A stretch of 64,000 nt of DNA from Candidatus Aenigmatarchaeota archaeon (GCA_018304545.1 JAGVVZ010000001.1:159495-223494), one strand, 5' to 3'. Positions 10,422 to 20,125 are shown, counted from the first letter of the stretch. Notes: generated from the sequence alone by a model not told the origin. Made by a program: numbers and translations.

Positions 10422-11300
10422 TCATTTGAAAGCGTTTATGAAATTTACCGTTTCTTCTTTTGCTTCACGAATATATCTGGAACTTATAGGCAATTCGAGT
10501 TCAAAACTTTCATCCGATTCTCTGTGAATTCTTACAGTATATCCACATATCGTTGCCAACGGTCTTGTTAAAAAACCGATATTGGCCTCACTTGAACCAT
10601 AAGGAAACCCTAACTTATGTAGTAATTCATAAATAGCCATATCTCCTCCTAGATGTCCGAATACAACATCTCTATATAATTCATCTTTTCCTCTTAGTGT
10701 TGGTGTATCCGGAGTTATTATTTTTGCCTCTTTTTTTATTTTTTTTAAATCCCATCCCGATTTTATCTGAACTTCACTTATCCTCATTCTCCATCTATCT
10801 CTTTCAATGCCTATCCTAAAAAAATCTCTTCGGTCTACTTCATGGGTTACATAATGAGCTACACACATACTCCCAGAATATATGGTACCCCCAATCGATG
10901 CTGAAGCTTCTACATATACAGGCTTCACAGACAATGCTTCACTAAGACTTATCAAATGATAAAATGCTAGTAGCAACGTTCCTCCTTTATCCATATCTCT
11001 GGGTACTAAACCCTTAACTCTGCCAGAAAAATATCTTAAAGCATCAGCATTGTCTAAAAGATAACCGTCCATATTTTCTCTTACAACCGTATCCCAATTC
11101 AAACCGAATGCCAACCCTCTATAAGCATCAACCCCAACTAATTTTATACCCCCACACTCCAATGAAACTGAAACGGGCAGAACAACTTTTCTTTTCAATT
11201 GTTTTTCGCTACCATAAACCAAATGTCCCCGAAACTCCATTTCTCTGTAAGGAATTTTCACTTGAGCAGAACTTAGTTTAACCATGGTTCTACTTTGCAA
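10422..11300 (-). CDS. Hypothetical protein
   Basis: 292-aa ORF, no recognised motif. Confidence 0.65.
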   Translation of the reverse strand: MQSRTMVKLSSAQVKIPYREMEFRGHLVYGSEKQLKRKVVLPVSVSLECGGIKLVGVDAYRGLAFGLNWDTVVRENMDGYLLDNADALRYFSGRVKGLVPRDMDKGGTLLLAFYHLISLSEALSVKPVYVEASASIGGTIYSGSMCVAHYVTHEVDRRDFFRIGIERDRWRMRISEVQIKSGWDLKKIKKEAKIITPDTPTLRGKDELYRDVVFGHLGGDMAIYELLHKLGFPYGSSEANIGFLTRPLATICGYTVRIHRESDESFELELPISSRYIREAKEETVNFINAFK

Positions 11301-11328
11301 AAATAATTTTAAATTCGTTATTAGAAGA

Positions 11329-12195
11329 TCAAATTAATCCCAGAATCAAGATAATTCCGTCACCGACAAACAAAGTGAACAATAAGGCCAAAGGAAATGC
11401 CAGTCCAAATCTCACCCCTTCCTTTATCCAAACATGTTTCTTGTTAGAGGATTTTACTTTTTTGACTTGTTCCGAAGTCAAGCCTTCCCATAATTTAGAT
11501 TCTAGTAGAATGTCACCTTCTCTTAATTTTGAAGTGGGTATCTTTTTCTTGAAACCCAAGTCTTCGACTGTTTTTGTAAATCTCCATATCAAAAATAAAC
11601 CAAATATGGCTAACACTATTACAATCTCTGCTCGAATCATTTGGATTAGTGACATAGAAATAAAATTTCTCAAAACTATAAGACCAAAAAGCAATAAGCC
11701 GACAGTTATTAAAGCATTAAGAATGAATAACATTTTTGCATTGGCCTTAATATCATGAAAAAATACCTGCCAAATCTTTCTATTGATAAAAGATAAGACT
11801 AATGCGTAGCCGATCATGTACAACGCTCCTACTAAAAATAAATTGAAGAAAAAAGCTAATGGAAATGGCAATAATAATTTAGCAGAATATTTCACTGAAA
11901 GAGTTGGTAATAAAAATCCTACTCCTGAAAGTAACTTCGCATCTCCTCCGCCCCATTGTCCAAGATAATAAAATAAGAAACCCACTCCCAAAAATCCAAG
12001 GCCAACAATGAACGACATTAAAACGGGCCAATAGCTACCAACCAGCATAGAATTAATTGCATTACCCAATATGCCTATTACCATCATCGCGTAAGGTATC
12101 TGATCTGGTATTTCAGTAGTTTTAAGATCAATCACGCCAGAAATTAGCGAGCCTATCATAGCCACTAATATTAAAACAAATTCAATCATAAACAA
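11329..12195 (-). CDS. Peptidase A24 prepilin/preflagellin peptidase (PibD/FlaK/EppA-like)
   Basis: IDLKTTEIPD and GGGDAKLL aspartyl motifs, multiple TMs, C-terminal VWIKEGVRF. Confidence 0.9.
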   Translation of the reverse strand: MFMIEFVLILVAMIGSLISGVIDLKTTEIPDQIPYAMMVIGILGNAINSMLVGSYWPVLMSFIVGLGFLGVGFLFYYLGQWGGGDAKLLSGVGFLLPTLSVKYSAKLLLPFPLAFFFNLFLVGALYMIGYALVLSFINRKIWQVFFHDIKANAKMLFILNALITVGLLLFGLIVLRNFISMSLIQMIRAEIVIVLAIFGLFLIWRFTKTVEDLGFKKKIPTSKLREGDILLESKLWEGLTSEQVKKVKSSNKKHVWIKEGVRFGLAFPLALLFTLFVGDGIILILGLI

Positions 12196-12266
12196 GAATT
12201 ATAAAGACTCAAACTTATAATTATTGAATTTTTTCTTTCCAATATTCAGAAATTTTCTACTTCGAA

Positions 12267-12410
12267 TTAACTGTATTTTTTAAAACCTAATTTTTGTGCA
12301 AATTCTCTCATACATCTCCTGCAGTAGTACAGGCCATATTTCCTTATAATTCCTCTATGAGTACCGCAGTTCTTGCACTTTCTTGTCCCTTTACCAAATT
12401 TTTTAGGCAT
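12267..12410 (-). CDS. rps14: Ribosomal protein uS14 (missing from ORF track)
   Basis: Manual translation [47 protein letters not shown]. Confidence 0.95.
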   Translation of the reverse strand: MPKKFGKGTRKCKNCGTHRGIIRKYGLYYCRRCMREFAQKLGFKKYS

Positions 12411-12414
12411 TAAT

Positions 12415-12582
12415 TCAACCACCAAAATTTCCCAAAATCTTCAGAACACCCATTTCATCTTCAAACTGATTAATGAATATTTCTTTGACAACGTTCTCAT
12501 AAACCTTGCTCCAATCATCTTCTATAAGTGCCTTTCTAAAAATGACACCAGTAAGTTTTGTGGTCATGTCTCTGATCCACAT
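12415..12582 (-). CDS. Small hypothetical protein between uL5 and uS14
   Basis: AGTGA-N4-ATG start overlapping uL5 stop; its stop lies 4 nt before the uS14 ATG. Confidence 0.65.
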   Translation of the reverse strand: MWIRDMTTKLTGVIFRKALIEDDWSKVYENVVKEIFINQFEDEMGVLKILGNFGG

Positions 12583-12586
12583 ATCA

Positions 12587-13087
12587 TCACTCAACAACAG
12601 ACACCCCCAAGTTTTTTATCCAATCTATGGTTTCTTTCTTATTAATAGCATGATTCTTACCTAATTTAGAATTTCCTATTTTTTTTCTTTTCACTCTGTA
12701 ACCGGGCCTTTCCAAAGTTACAGCAACATCAAACCCTATAATGCCGATATCAGGATCATATTGAATCTCAGGCAAATCAATGTATTCTTTAACACCGATT
12801 GAGAAGTTGCCGTTATTTATTTGGTTCATCCTAATCTTTTTATCGGCACTGTTTAAAACGTCAATAAGAAACTTTTCAGCCTTTTCTCTTCTTAAAGTAA
12901 CTTTGTATCCTATAGGTTTTCTTTTGGTGATACCAAACGTGGATCTTTTATGCGATAAAGTAGCCACGGGTTTTTTATCTGAAATTTTAGCCAATAACTT
13001 TTGGGCCCTTTGCATTTTTTCTTTATCGGCTGCACAACCTATATTCAAAGTGACTTTCTCTATCTTGATTTTTTTCATTACATTCAT
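12587..13087 (-). CDS. rpl5: Ribosomal protein uL5
   Basis: IEKVTLNIG, PIGYKVTLR, GNFSIGVKEYID, YDPDIGIIG. Confidence 0.96.
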   Translation of the reverse strand: MNVMKKIKIEKVTLNIGCAADKEKMQRAQKLLAKISDKKPVATLSHKRSTFGITKRKPIGYKVTLRREKAEKFLIDVLNSADKKIRMNQINNGNFSIGVKEYIDLPEIQYDPDIGIIGFDVAVTLERPGYRVKRKKIGNSKLGKNHAINKKETIDWIKNLGVSVVE

Positions 13088-13092
13088 TTTGA

Positions 13093-13809
13093 TCACATAT
13101 TAACAGTAATCATTGGCTTGGCTTTGCCAACTACAAAAACATAATCTTTTACCGAAGCAAATTCTCTGCCTTTCAAATCACAAATAACTTTATTCGGTTC
13201 TCTACTTCTCGTCTTCACCACACCTTTTACTTTAATCAATTCGCCTTGATTTTGCCCGCCAATAATCAAGCCCAAATTTCCGTTTTCTAATTTTATGTGT
13301 TCAACTATCTTTTGACTTGGCAGTTCTATGAGTAAAGAATCCCCTGTCGAATAATCATCTTTTTTGCCTTTTCTTTCGACGAGGATGTTTCTACCATCAT
13401 GCAAATTCAACTGTAATTTTCCTTTTTTAATTAAAGTTTTATTCCTGATTCTGCATAACTTTAGATTTATCTCTTTTTCAGAAATTTCGTTCAAACTCAG
13501 ACCGCGTTTGGACGACACTATCCTATAAAACTTATTTAATTTTGGTATCTGCAAAACATCCATGAATCCAACTGGATATTTGTAACTTCTTCTGTATTTA
13601 CCATCAACAAACACCTCTCTAGAACTAATTATTTTTTGACCTTCAGCAGCGGTATCTACCAGTTTTAAAATATCTCTTAATATAATCAGTAACGGCATTG
13701 ACTCGTCTTTCTTATGGGATCCTGGATTAGGTTTCACGACCCAAGGTCTCGATTTTCTAGCAATTCTCCAAAACTTTGGAGTGGATAATGGTTTTAGATG
13801 TCTTCCCAT
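13093..13809 (-). CDS. rps4e: Ribosomal protein eS4
   Basis: HLKPL..P, PGSH, YPVGFMDV, LNLHDGRN. Confidence 0.96.
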   Translation of the reverse strand: MGRHLKPLSTPKFWRIARKSRPWVVKPNPGSHKKDESMPLLIILRDILKLVDTAAEGQKIISSREVFVDGKYRRSYKYPVGFMDVLQIPKLNKFYRIVSSKRGLSLNEISEKEINLKLCRIRNKTLIKKGKLQLNLHDGRNILVERKGKKDDYSTGDSLLIELPSQKIVEHIKLENGNLGLIIGGQNQGELIKVKGVVKTRSREPNKVICDLKGREFASVKDYVFVVGKAKPMITVNM

Positions 13810-13813
13810 ATAA

Positions 13814-14200
13814 TCACTTATTCAATACTCTGTTTAAAGCCTTTAATCTTTCTTGATCACTGAGATTGAGATTTGTAATTTTCAAATTACTTGGATGTAT
13901 CGAAAATTGTATTTCAGTTCCAGCTACTTTTTTTCTGGTTAAACCTTCTATGAATATTTTCGAGGTTTTTAAACTGATTCTACTTACTTTACCTGATCTG
14001 TTCTTGTATTTGCCTCTCATTATTAATACCTCATCTCCTTTTTTAACAGGAAATGACCTTGCTTTATATTTTTCTCTCAGTTCCTTAGATAAATGTGCGG
14101 AAACTAATTTATGCTTTACAGCCATAGGTGCGTTTCTATAATATTTTCTTTGCTTTCTTGGCTGTTTGGATGCCTTCCAATGCTTTGACCATCTCTTCAT
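13814..14200 (-). CDS. rpl24: Ribosomal protein uL24
   Basis: SKQPRKQRK, KKGDEVLIMRG, IHPSNL. Confidence 0.96.
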   Translation of the reverse strand: MKRWSKHWKASKQPRKQRKYYRNAPMAVKHKLVSAHLSKELREKYKARSFPVKKGDEVLIMRGKYKNRSGKVSRISLKTSKIFIEGLTRKKVAGTEIQFSIHPSNLKITNLNLSDQERLKALNRVLNK

Positions 14201-14231
14201 TTTATCATCTTCTCTAAATTATTAAAAGAAA

Positions 14232-14247
14232 GTATTTAAAAGGTTTT
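14232..14247 (-). promoter_or_regulatory. BRE + TATA box for the uL24-eS4-uL5-uS14 unit
   Basis: Minus strand reads AAAACCTTTTAAATAC about 30 nt upstream of the uL24 ATG. Confidence 0.65.
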
Positions 14248-14415
14248 GTCCGTTTAAAGTTTTAGTATTTTGGCAAATGAGTATTATCATTGAACCCACA
14301 AATAGAACTAATTAAATACCGCCTATTTAACTTCATTTTTGCAATTAATCAATACGGATAACCTTAGTTTCTAATATCAAGATTTGAAATCATCGTTTTC
14401 TGTTGTAAAATAACA

Positions 14416-14520
14416 ATGAACAAAATGAAACACGTATGCTCAAGATGTCACATGAGGAAACCAAAAAGATTGTATCGGCAACATGTAAAATTCTGTGCGG
14501 GTACTAATCTAAGGAGATGA
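14416..14520 (+). CDS. 34-aa C2HC zinc-finger microprotein
   Basis: MNKMKHVCSRCHMRKPKRLYRQHVKFCAGTNLRR (CxxC-x11-H-x3-C). Confidence 0.6.
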   Translation: MNKMKHVCSRCHMRKPKRLYRQHVKFCAGTNLRR

Positions 14521-14524
14521 TACT

Positions 14525-14695
14525 ATGTCTAGTATATCAGTCCATTGTGCATACTGCGGCCAAATAGCAAAAAGTGAACACTGTGGATTTTACAGAGGAA
14601 TGAACATCCATAATATGATTACCTGTAATTGCCTAAAAGAAGCTATAAAGATAGAATCAACAGAAGAATTTAATAAAAAGAAATGGTTTGTATAA
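14525..14695 (+). CDS. 56-aa Cys-rich microprotein
   Basis: MSSISVHCAYCGQ..HCG..TCNC..; AAGGAG SD upstream; ATG 4 nt after previous stop. Confidence 0.65.
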   Translation: MSSISVHCAYCGQIAKSEHCGFYRGMNIHNMITCNCLKEAIKIESTEEFNKKKWFV

Positions 14696-14697
14696 GG

Positions 14698-15096
14698 TTA
14701 AATTATAAAATTAGCAACTTTACCAATAACTGTGAATCTCTCAACCACTTCTCTGGCAACAGGTCCTTTAATTTGAGATCCTTGTGGCTCGCCTTTTTCA
14801 TTTACAATAGCAGCTGCATTATCCTCGAAACTCACTCGCAGTCCGTCTGCTCTTCTATATTCTTTTTTTTGTCTTATAATAACTGCTCTAACAACCTGTT
14901 TCCTCATTTTAACATTACCGACTCTGACAGAACACACAACCATATCACCCACACCTGCAGCAGGCAGTCTTCTTTTGGCACCGTGATAACCTAATACAGA
15001 TATTAAATTCAAGGTTTTTGCTCCAGTATTATCTGCACATTCAATCAAAGAACCTACGGGTATTCCTTTTGAAACTTTTGCTTTTAATCCTTTCAT
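14698..15096 (-). CDS. rpl14: Ribosomal protein uL14
   Basis: CADNTGAK, AVIIRQKKEYRR, FEDNAA, GPVARE. Confidence 0.97.
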   Translation of the reverse strand: MKGLKAKVSKGIPVGSLIECADNTGAKTLNLISVLGYHGAKRRLPAAGVGDMVVCSVRVGNVKMRKQVVRAVIIRQKKEYRRADGLRVSFEDNAAAIVNEKGEPQGSQIKGPVAREVVERFTVIGKVANFII

Positions 15097-15143
15097 CTGA
15101 TTCACTCATTATTTTAAGACTGATATAATTAAAAAGGTTTTTA

Positions 15144-15482
15144 TTAATTGATTTTTTCGATAACCACGAAATGTTTAGTTTTCGACAAAGGTCTGCATTC
15201 AGCTATTCTAACTTTATTGCCTTTTTTTGCGTCTACGCATACAGGATTATGGGCGGATATTCTACTTTTCCTTTTCTCATATCTTTCATATTTAGATATG
15301 AAATGAAGATAATCTCTCCTAACTATAGCCGTCCCTTGCATCCTATCCGAAACAATGACGCCCTCTAGAATTTTGCCTCTTATAGGTAATTTTCCGTGGA
15401 AAGGACAGTTAACGTCATTACAGGTTTTTTTAGGTAATTCTACATCATATCCTATATCCTTCGCTTTTTCTTTAACCATCAT
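15144..15482 (-). CDS. rps17: Ribosomal protein uS17
   Basis: [22 protein letters not shown]. Confidence 0.97.
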   Translation of the reverse strand: MMVKEKAKDIGYDVELPKKTCNDVNCPFHGKLPIRGKILEGVIVSDRMQGTAIVRRDYLHFISKYERYEKRKSRISAHNPVCVDAKKGNKVRIAECRPLSKTKHFVVIEKIN

Positions 15483-15487
15483 ATCAC

Positions 15488-15721
15488 TCAATTTTCCATA
15501 TCTATATCGTCTATTTCATATTTTTCTTCATTCATCATTGCGTTTAATTCAACTTCAGCCAATATTCTTAGCAAGTCTTCTGTCCTTTTCTTTATGTCTT
15601 TCAAAGATATATCTTTTTTGTCCAATTTCATGTAATCGTTATACAAGGCTAAGCATATTTCGTCCCTAAACTTTTTGTTTCTCAGCATCTCAATCTGAAT
15701 TTCTTTTATCATATCTTCCAT
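15488..15721 (-). CDS. Small acidic helical hypothetical protein between Rpp29 and uS17
   Basis: GGTGA-TAAA-ATG start; tightly packed with both neighbours. Confidence 0.7.
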   Translation of the reverse strand: MEDMIKEIQIEMLRNKKFRDEICLALYNDYMKLDKKDISLKDIKKRTEDLLRILAEVELNAMMNEEKYEIDDIDMEN

Positions 15722-15725
15722 TTTA

Positions 15726-16007
15726 TCACCATTTAGGCAACTTTTTCTTTATTCTATCTTCGGGTCTGCTTATTAAAACGTTTCCATCTACTTGAACCTT
15801 CTTCCCATCAGGAAGCGTGAATACAAATATTGATGTTTTCTTAACTATAACTTTTTCTGTTTTATTTGATTCAATTGTCAATGTATTATAACTTTCATCT
15901 ACAACTATGCCTTTTAATCCTTTTTGGTCGGGATTAGTAGATTTAACTACTACTATCGGTAAGCCGATAAGCTCATGTCTTACTAAATTTTGTGATGTTA
16001 TTGGCAT
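15726..16007 (-). CDS. rnp1: RNase P protein Rpp29 (component 1)
   Basis: HELIGL, GIVVDES.NTL, RPEDRIKK; conserved operon position. Confidence 0.93.
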   Translation of the reverse strand: MPITSQNLVRHELIGLPIVVVKSTNPDQKGLKGIVVDESYNTLTIESNKTEKVIVKKTSIFVFTLPDGKKVQVDGNVLISRPEDRIKKKLPKW

Positions 16008-16068
16008 ATAAATATAATAATGATTCAACAGTAAAAATTAATTCTTTCCTTTAACTATCATTAATGTT

Positions 16069-16740
16069 ATGAAAGATCATTTTAAACTCCAAAGACTAAT
16101 GGCAATTAATCAACTTATAAAAGAAGGTTATTTGAAATCTAGCAAAATAATCCGGGCTATGAAAAAGGTTAAAAGAGAACTGTTCATGCCTGTAAAGTAT
16201 AGCAAATATGCATATGCCGATCAGCCTTTTCCGATACCGCCCTATAACGGGCTCCAAACAATTTCTGCACTGCACACTTATCCTATATTTTATGAACCAC
16301 TCAAATTGAAAGGGAGTGATAAATTTTTAGAAATAGGAATGGGATCTGGATATGGATCCGCTGTAGCGAAAGAACTAATAGGCAAGAAAGGTGTCGTGGT
16401 ATCCATAGAAAAAAACAGAAAGACATACATGTTTGGGAAGAGGAATCTTTCTAGAACTGGATACAAAGATGTTATTACAATAAACGATGACGGGACTAAA
16501 GGTTATGAGAAAATGGCGCCTTATGATAAAATATGTGTGACAGCCTCCTGTAATAAAATACCCGAGCCGCTTATAGAACAGTTGGCTAAACCCGGCATAT
16601 TGATCATACCTATTGGACCCAAACATCCTTCGCAAGATTTAGTCATGGTTGAAAAAGATGTGTCTGGAAAAATAACTAAAAGGAAAATCTTGGAAGTAAT
16701 CTACGTACCATTAATAGGGAAACATGGGTATGAAAATTAA
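16069..16740 (+). CDS. pcm: Protein-L-isoaspartate O-methyltransferase
   Basis: AYAD.P..QTISA, LEIGMGSGY, APYDKI, YVPLIG. Confidence 0.92.
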   Translation: MKDHFKLQRLMAINQLIKEGYLKSSKIIRAMKKVKRELFMPVKYSKYAYADQPFPIPPYNGLQTISALHTYPIFYEPLKLKGSDKFLEIGMGSGYGSAVAKELIGKKGVVVSIEKNRKTYMFGKRNLSRTGYKDVITINDDGTKGYEKMAPYDKICVTASCNKIPEPLIEQLAKPGILIIPIGPKHPSQDLVMVEKDVSGKITKRKILEVIYVPLIGKHGYEN

Positions 16741-16751
16741 TATTACTTGCC

Positions 16752-17585
16752 TTATTTGTTACAAAATTCCTTTCCATCAAAAACGTTGTTTCTTAACCAT
16801 TCGTATTGTTTTGGTCGATTATCTCTAACCCAGCAACCTTGTGTAATATAATATGCAACCGCATCTGCATATCCTTCTTCGCAATTCATAAATAATCCAT
16901 ACATACTAACAGATCTTTCAAGTAGGTACAGAACTCGATGTCCTAAGCCCAATAAATTTCTTAGTGGGTTTTCCACACAACCCGTAACTTTATTGAATTC
17001 CTCATTGGACGAATCTCCACTTTCATTTATTGGTTTTCCATTTCTACTATTATCAACAATTTGTCTTTTATGAGTTGTTTCATGCGCGAAAACATAATCG
17101 CATCTACTTCTAGGATAATGGGAATTATCAATATCATAACCATTTTCTAAACTACAACCAACTTTTATTGGGTCTTCAATCGCACCAGATGCAGATCCGC
17201 CTAATATTTTTTCACATTTTATTGATAATCCGGGATCAGGAAATATATGATCTTGAATTACCGAAATAATTCCTAAATAATGATTTTGATGTGAAGCTGA
17301 ACAATCGATAAATTTAATTTGTTTGCCTCCGGCAAGTGGTTTTGTTTCTCCTGTTTTAGGATCTTTATAAGTAAATGTATTTGTACCTGAAGATTTGATT
17401 TCTACGTCCTGATACAGAGAAGAATCGAATTGCTGAGCATAAGTCGCTAGGTCTATATATTCTATGTAATTCCCAGGCGACTCATATCGATGATACACAA
17501 AGCCCAAACCAGATGCAATCATAGAAACTACAGTAAATCCATATAAAAACAGTTTTTTTGTTCTATTTAATTTCAGTTGTTTCAT
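16752..17585 (-). CDS. Membrane-anchored zincin-like metallopeptidase
   Basis: N-terminal TM; FAHETTH (HExxH) and downstream EEGYAD. Confidence 0.7.
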   Translation of the reverse strand: MKQLKLNRTKKLFLYGFTVVSMIASGLGFVYHRYESPGNYIEYIDLATYAQQFDSSLYQDVEIKSSGTNTFTYKDPKTGETKPLAGGKQIKFIDCSASHQNHYLGIISVIQDHIFPDPGLSIKCEKILGGSASGAIEDPIKVGCSLENGYDIDNSHYPRSRCDYVFAHETTHKRQIVDNSRNGKPINESGDSSNEEFNKVTGCVENPLRNLLGLGHRVLYLLERSVSMYGLFMNCEEGYADAVAYYITQGCWVRDNRPKQYEWLRNNVFDGKEFCNK

Positions 17586-17725
17586 TTTAATCTTTTATTA
17601 CTATTATATAGTAAAAGTATTTATGTAATTATATCAAAATACGAGATAAATATATCATTTTTTATGGAAAATATAGCCAATTTACTAACGAGAAACAAAA
17701 TATTGAAAAATGATCATTTTATCTT

Positions 17726-18034
17726 TTAATTAGCTTCAATCAGATCTCTATCGAATCCTAGGCTAATAAGAATCTGTTTTGCTCTATCTACATGATTGCC
17801 TTGCAATTCTATATGACCTTCTTTATGCGATCCACCGCAGGCTAATTTTCTTTTTAGATTAGAAGTGATGGATTTGACGGATTTTTCATCAATTCCCTCT
17901 ATGATCGTCACCGGCTTTCCGAATTTTCTAGTAGTCATATAAACTTTAATTCTTCTTGCTTCTCTCTCAATAATCTTGCATGTACAAATATCCAAAGGCA
18001 AGCCGCACGTTAAACAATTTCCTCTGTCAACCAT
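17726..18034 (-). CDS. sui1: Translation initiation factor aIF1 (SUI1)
   Basis: CGLP..C, KPVTIIEG, LACGGS, IELQGNH. Confidence 0.95.
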   Translation of the reverse strand: MVDRGNCLTCGLPLDICTCKIIEREARRIKVYMTTRKFGKPVTIIEGIDEKSVKSITSNLKRKLACGGSHKEGHIELQGNHVDRAKQILISLGFDRDLIEAN

Positions 18035-18120
18035 TTTCTTTTAATTCACCATTTTTATGATTCTAAAAATAGAATCTATTAAAGAATTAACACAGTATAT
18101 ATAAAAATAATTATTTACTA

Positions 18121-18318
18121 TCATCTATTCTTTTCTCTCTCCTTTTTTAATGTAAGAATTCTTGCTACGTCTCTCCTTATCATCTTTATTTTACCAGGAT
18201 TCTTAACGTTTCCTCCCATCTCTACATTTCCCTTTTCTTTCATTAACTCTAGTCTTGTATCAGCTAGTTTTTTATTCAAATCCTCATCCTTCATTTTTCG
18301 TGTTTCTCTTATCTTCAA
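18121..18318 (-). CDS. rpl29: Ribosomal protein uL29
   Basis: NPGKIKMIRRDVARILT; GGTGA-N6-TTG start. Confidence 0.95.
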   Translation of the reverse strand: MKIRETRKMKDEDLNKKLADTRLELMKEKGNVEMGGNVKNPGKIKMIRRDVARILTLKKEREKNR

Positions 18319-18925
18319 CTTCTTTCACCTTTTCAGATATTCTTTTTGCCGATAAATCTTCTGGTATTTCTTTTAATATTTTGACCTGAACTCCAACCGA
18401 GCCCAGTTTCAATATAGCATGAGAATAGCCTTTATCTATTAGATTATCTGCATAATAGCCAGCGTGCTTGATATAACCATTTTTAAATGTTTGAAATCTT
18501 CCTCTTTCACCACCTAGTTTACCTGCAGTTCTTATTTCTACGCCAACTGCCCCGGATTCCATGATTTTTTCCAGAAAGAAATTAACAATTTTTTTATAAA
18601 ATCCTCCTCTTTCAATGCTTTTTGCTATTTTGTTAGCTACAATTTGTGCATCCAAAAAAGGATCGTCTACTTCTTTTACGTCAAGCATCGGATTATCCAT
18701 TTTAAATTTTTCTTTTATCTCATCAGTTATATCGTTAATCTTCTTGCCAGATCTGCCTATAACCAATCCCGGCTTTTCTGCAAAGACCGTTATTCTTGTC
18801 CCCAGAGGCGTTCTCTGAATATCTATATGGCTGTATCCAGCACGATCGAATTTGTTTTTCAGATATTGCTCTATTTGCGTTTCTTTCATTCCTTCCTTTA
18901 TAAAATATTTTTCTACTGCCATCAT
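18284..18925 (-). CDS. rps3: Ribosomal protein uS3
   Basis: RAGYS, TPLGT, PGLVIGRSG KH domain, GAVGVEI. Confidence 0.96.
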   Translation of the reverse strand: MMAVEKYFIKEGMKETQIEQYLKNKFDRAGYSHIDIQRTPLGTRITVFAEKPGLVIGRSGKKINDITDEIKEKFKMDNPMLDVKEVDDPFLDAQIVANKIAKSIERGGFYKKIVNFFLEKIMESGAVGVEIRTAGKLGGERGRFQTFKNGYIKHAGYYADNLIDKGYSHAILKLGSVGVQVKILKEIPEDLSAKRISEKVKEVEDKRNTKNEG

Positions 18926-19284
18926 CTCTCCTCAACGATCATTTCTAATTTACATAACTTCGATCTTTTTCCTCTATGGGACCATCTACTCTTTGGGAGC
19001 ATGAATGTAAACGTCTTGTGGGCCACTGCATTTTTAATAAATAGCTTATCAGCACTCAGCCCCATCGATTCTGCATTAGCCTCTGCATTTTCTAAAACAG
19101 ACAATATTTCCCTGCATGCTGTCTTATAATATCTTCCTGAAAGACTTCTTTTTTCTTCTATCAGATCATTCAAAAGCGATTTTGCTTTTGTTGTGGGTTT
19201 GTCTCTAATCTGATTGCATATGTAAATAGAGTCTTTCAATGAGGATTGGGCCAATGAATTTTTTGAAATAGCTGTTTTTCTCAT
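18922..19284 (-). CDS. rpl22: Ribosomal protein uL22 (short, 120 aa)
   Basis: S.K.S..IC..IR, ILSVLENAEANAE; operon position. Confidence 0.9.
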   Translation of the reverse strand: MRKTAISKNSLAQSSLKDSIYICNQIRDKPTTKAKSLLNDLIEEKRSLSGRYYKTACREILSVLENAEANAESMGLSADKLFIKNAVAHKTFTFMLPKSRWSHRGKRSKLCKLEMIVEER

Positions 19285-19408
19285 GAAACCACTAAATAGA
19301 ATTAAGATTATTTAAATCTTGCTTAATGAATTTGTTTAAATGCATCTTTCCACCGCTTATTAAACATATACTGTTAGGTTTTTAAATATAAAATAAGTAG
19401 AGATTATA

Positions 19409-19645
19409 ATGACTTGGAAATTGACAGATAGACAAATGATTGGCATTGTGTTAGTCGTATATGGTCTGTCTATCGGATTAAATGCAATACTAACCACTAT
19501 TGCCTTAAAACAGTATATGGATCTGGCAAAAGGATTGAGTATGATCTTAGTGTTTTCATATGCTAATGTTATATTGAATTTTCTGTTTTGTATAACACTA
19601 CTTCTTTTAGGAAAGAGATTTTTCAAAGAAAATAAAAGACGTTAA
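19409..19645 (+). CDS. Small two-TM membrane protein
   Basis: Two hydrophobic helices and basic tail; TTTAAATA TATA upstream. Confidence 0.65.
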   Translation: MTWKLTDRQMIGIVLVVYGLSIGLNAILTTIALKQYMDLAKGLSMILVFSYANVILNFLFCITLLLLGKRFFKENKRR

Positions 19646-19667
19646 TTATCTTATTTACAAGCTTTAA

Positions 19668-20054
19668 TTACTTCAAAGGAATATGCTTGCTGGCTCTTGT
19701 AGCTCCAACACCAGGAGCTGAATGTCTCACTCTCCCTCTAGTAAGCGCAAATTCGCCCATTCTATGACCAAGCATCTCTTGTGTGACTGTTACAGGAACA
19801 TAAGTTTTACCGTTATGCACGCCTAGCTTAACACCCACCAATTGGGGGACAATAACCAAATCTCTTTCTTGTGTTTTATGAAACTTATCGGGGTATTTTT
19901 TTATATTTTCCAAGAGTTTTTTTTGTCTTTCAGTCAATCCTTTTTTTAACAATGATCTCCTTTCACGACTAGTTATCATCTTAGCAAATTGCTCTAGGCT
20001 TAATTCTTTCAATTCCTCGAAAGATTTTCCTTTGAATGCGAATACTTTTGCCAT
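19668..20054 (-). CDS. rps19: Ribosomal protein uS19
   Basis: VHNGK, MLGHRMGEFALTR, GVGATRAS. Confidence 0.97.
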   Translation of the reverse strand: MAKVFAFKGKSFEELKELSLEQFAKMITSRERRSLLKKGLTERQKKLLENIKKYPDKFHKTQERDLVIVPQLVGVKLGVHNGKTYVPVTVTQEMLGHRMGEFALTRGRVRHSAPGVGATRASKHIPLK

Positions 20055-20125
20055 AATATCTTCTAATTATACTGAATGAGAATATTTAAATAATTAGTTC
20101 AGTATCAACTACTAAAATAAAGAAG

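Noticed and set aside
14683-14994. 103-aa plus-strand ORF as a third member of the zinc microprotein operon
   Set aside because: Lies almost wholly antisense to uL14
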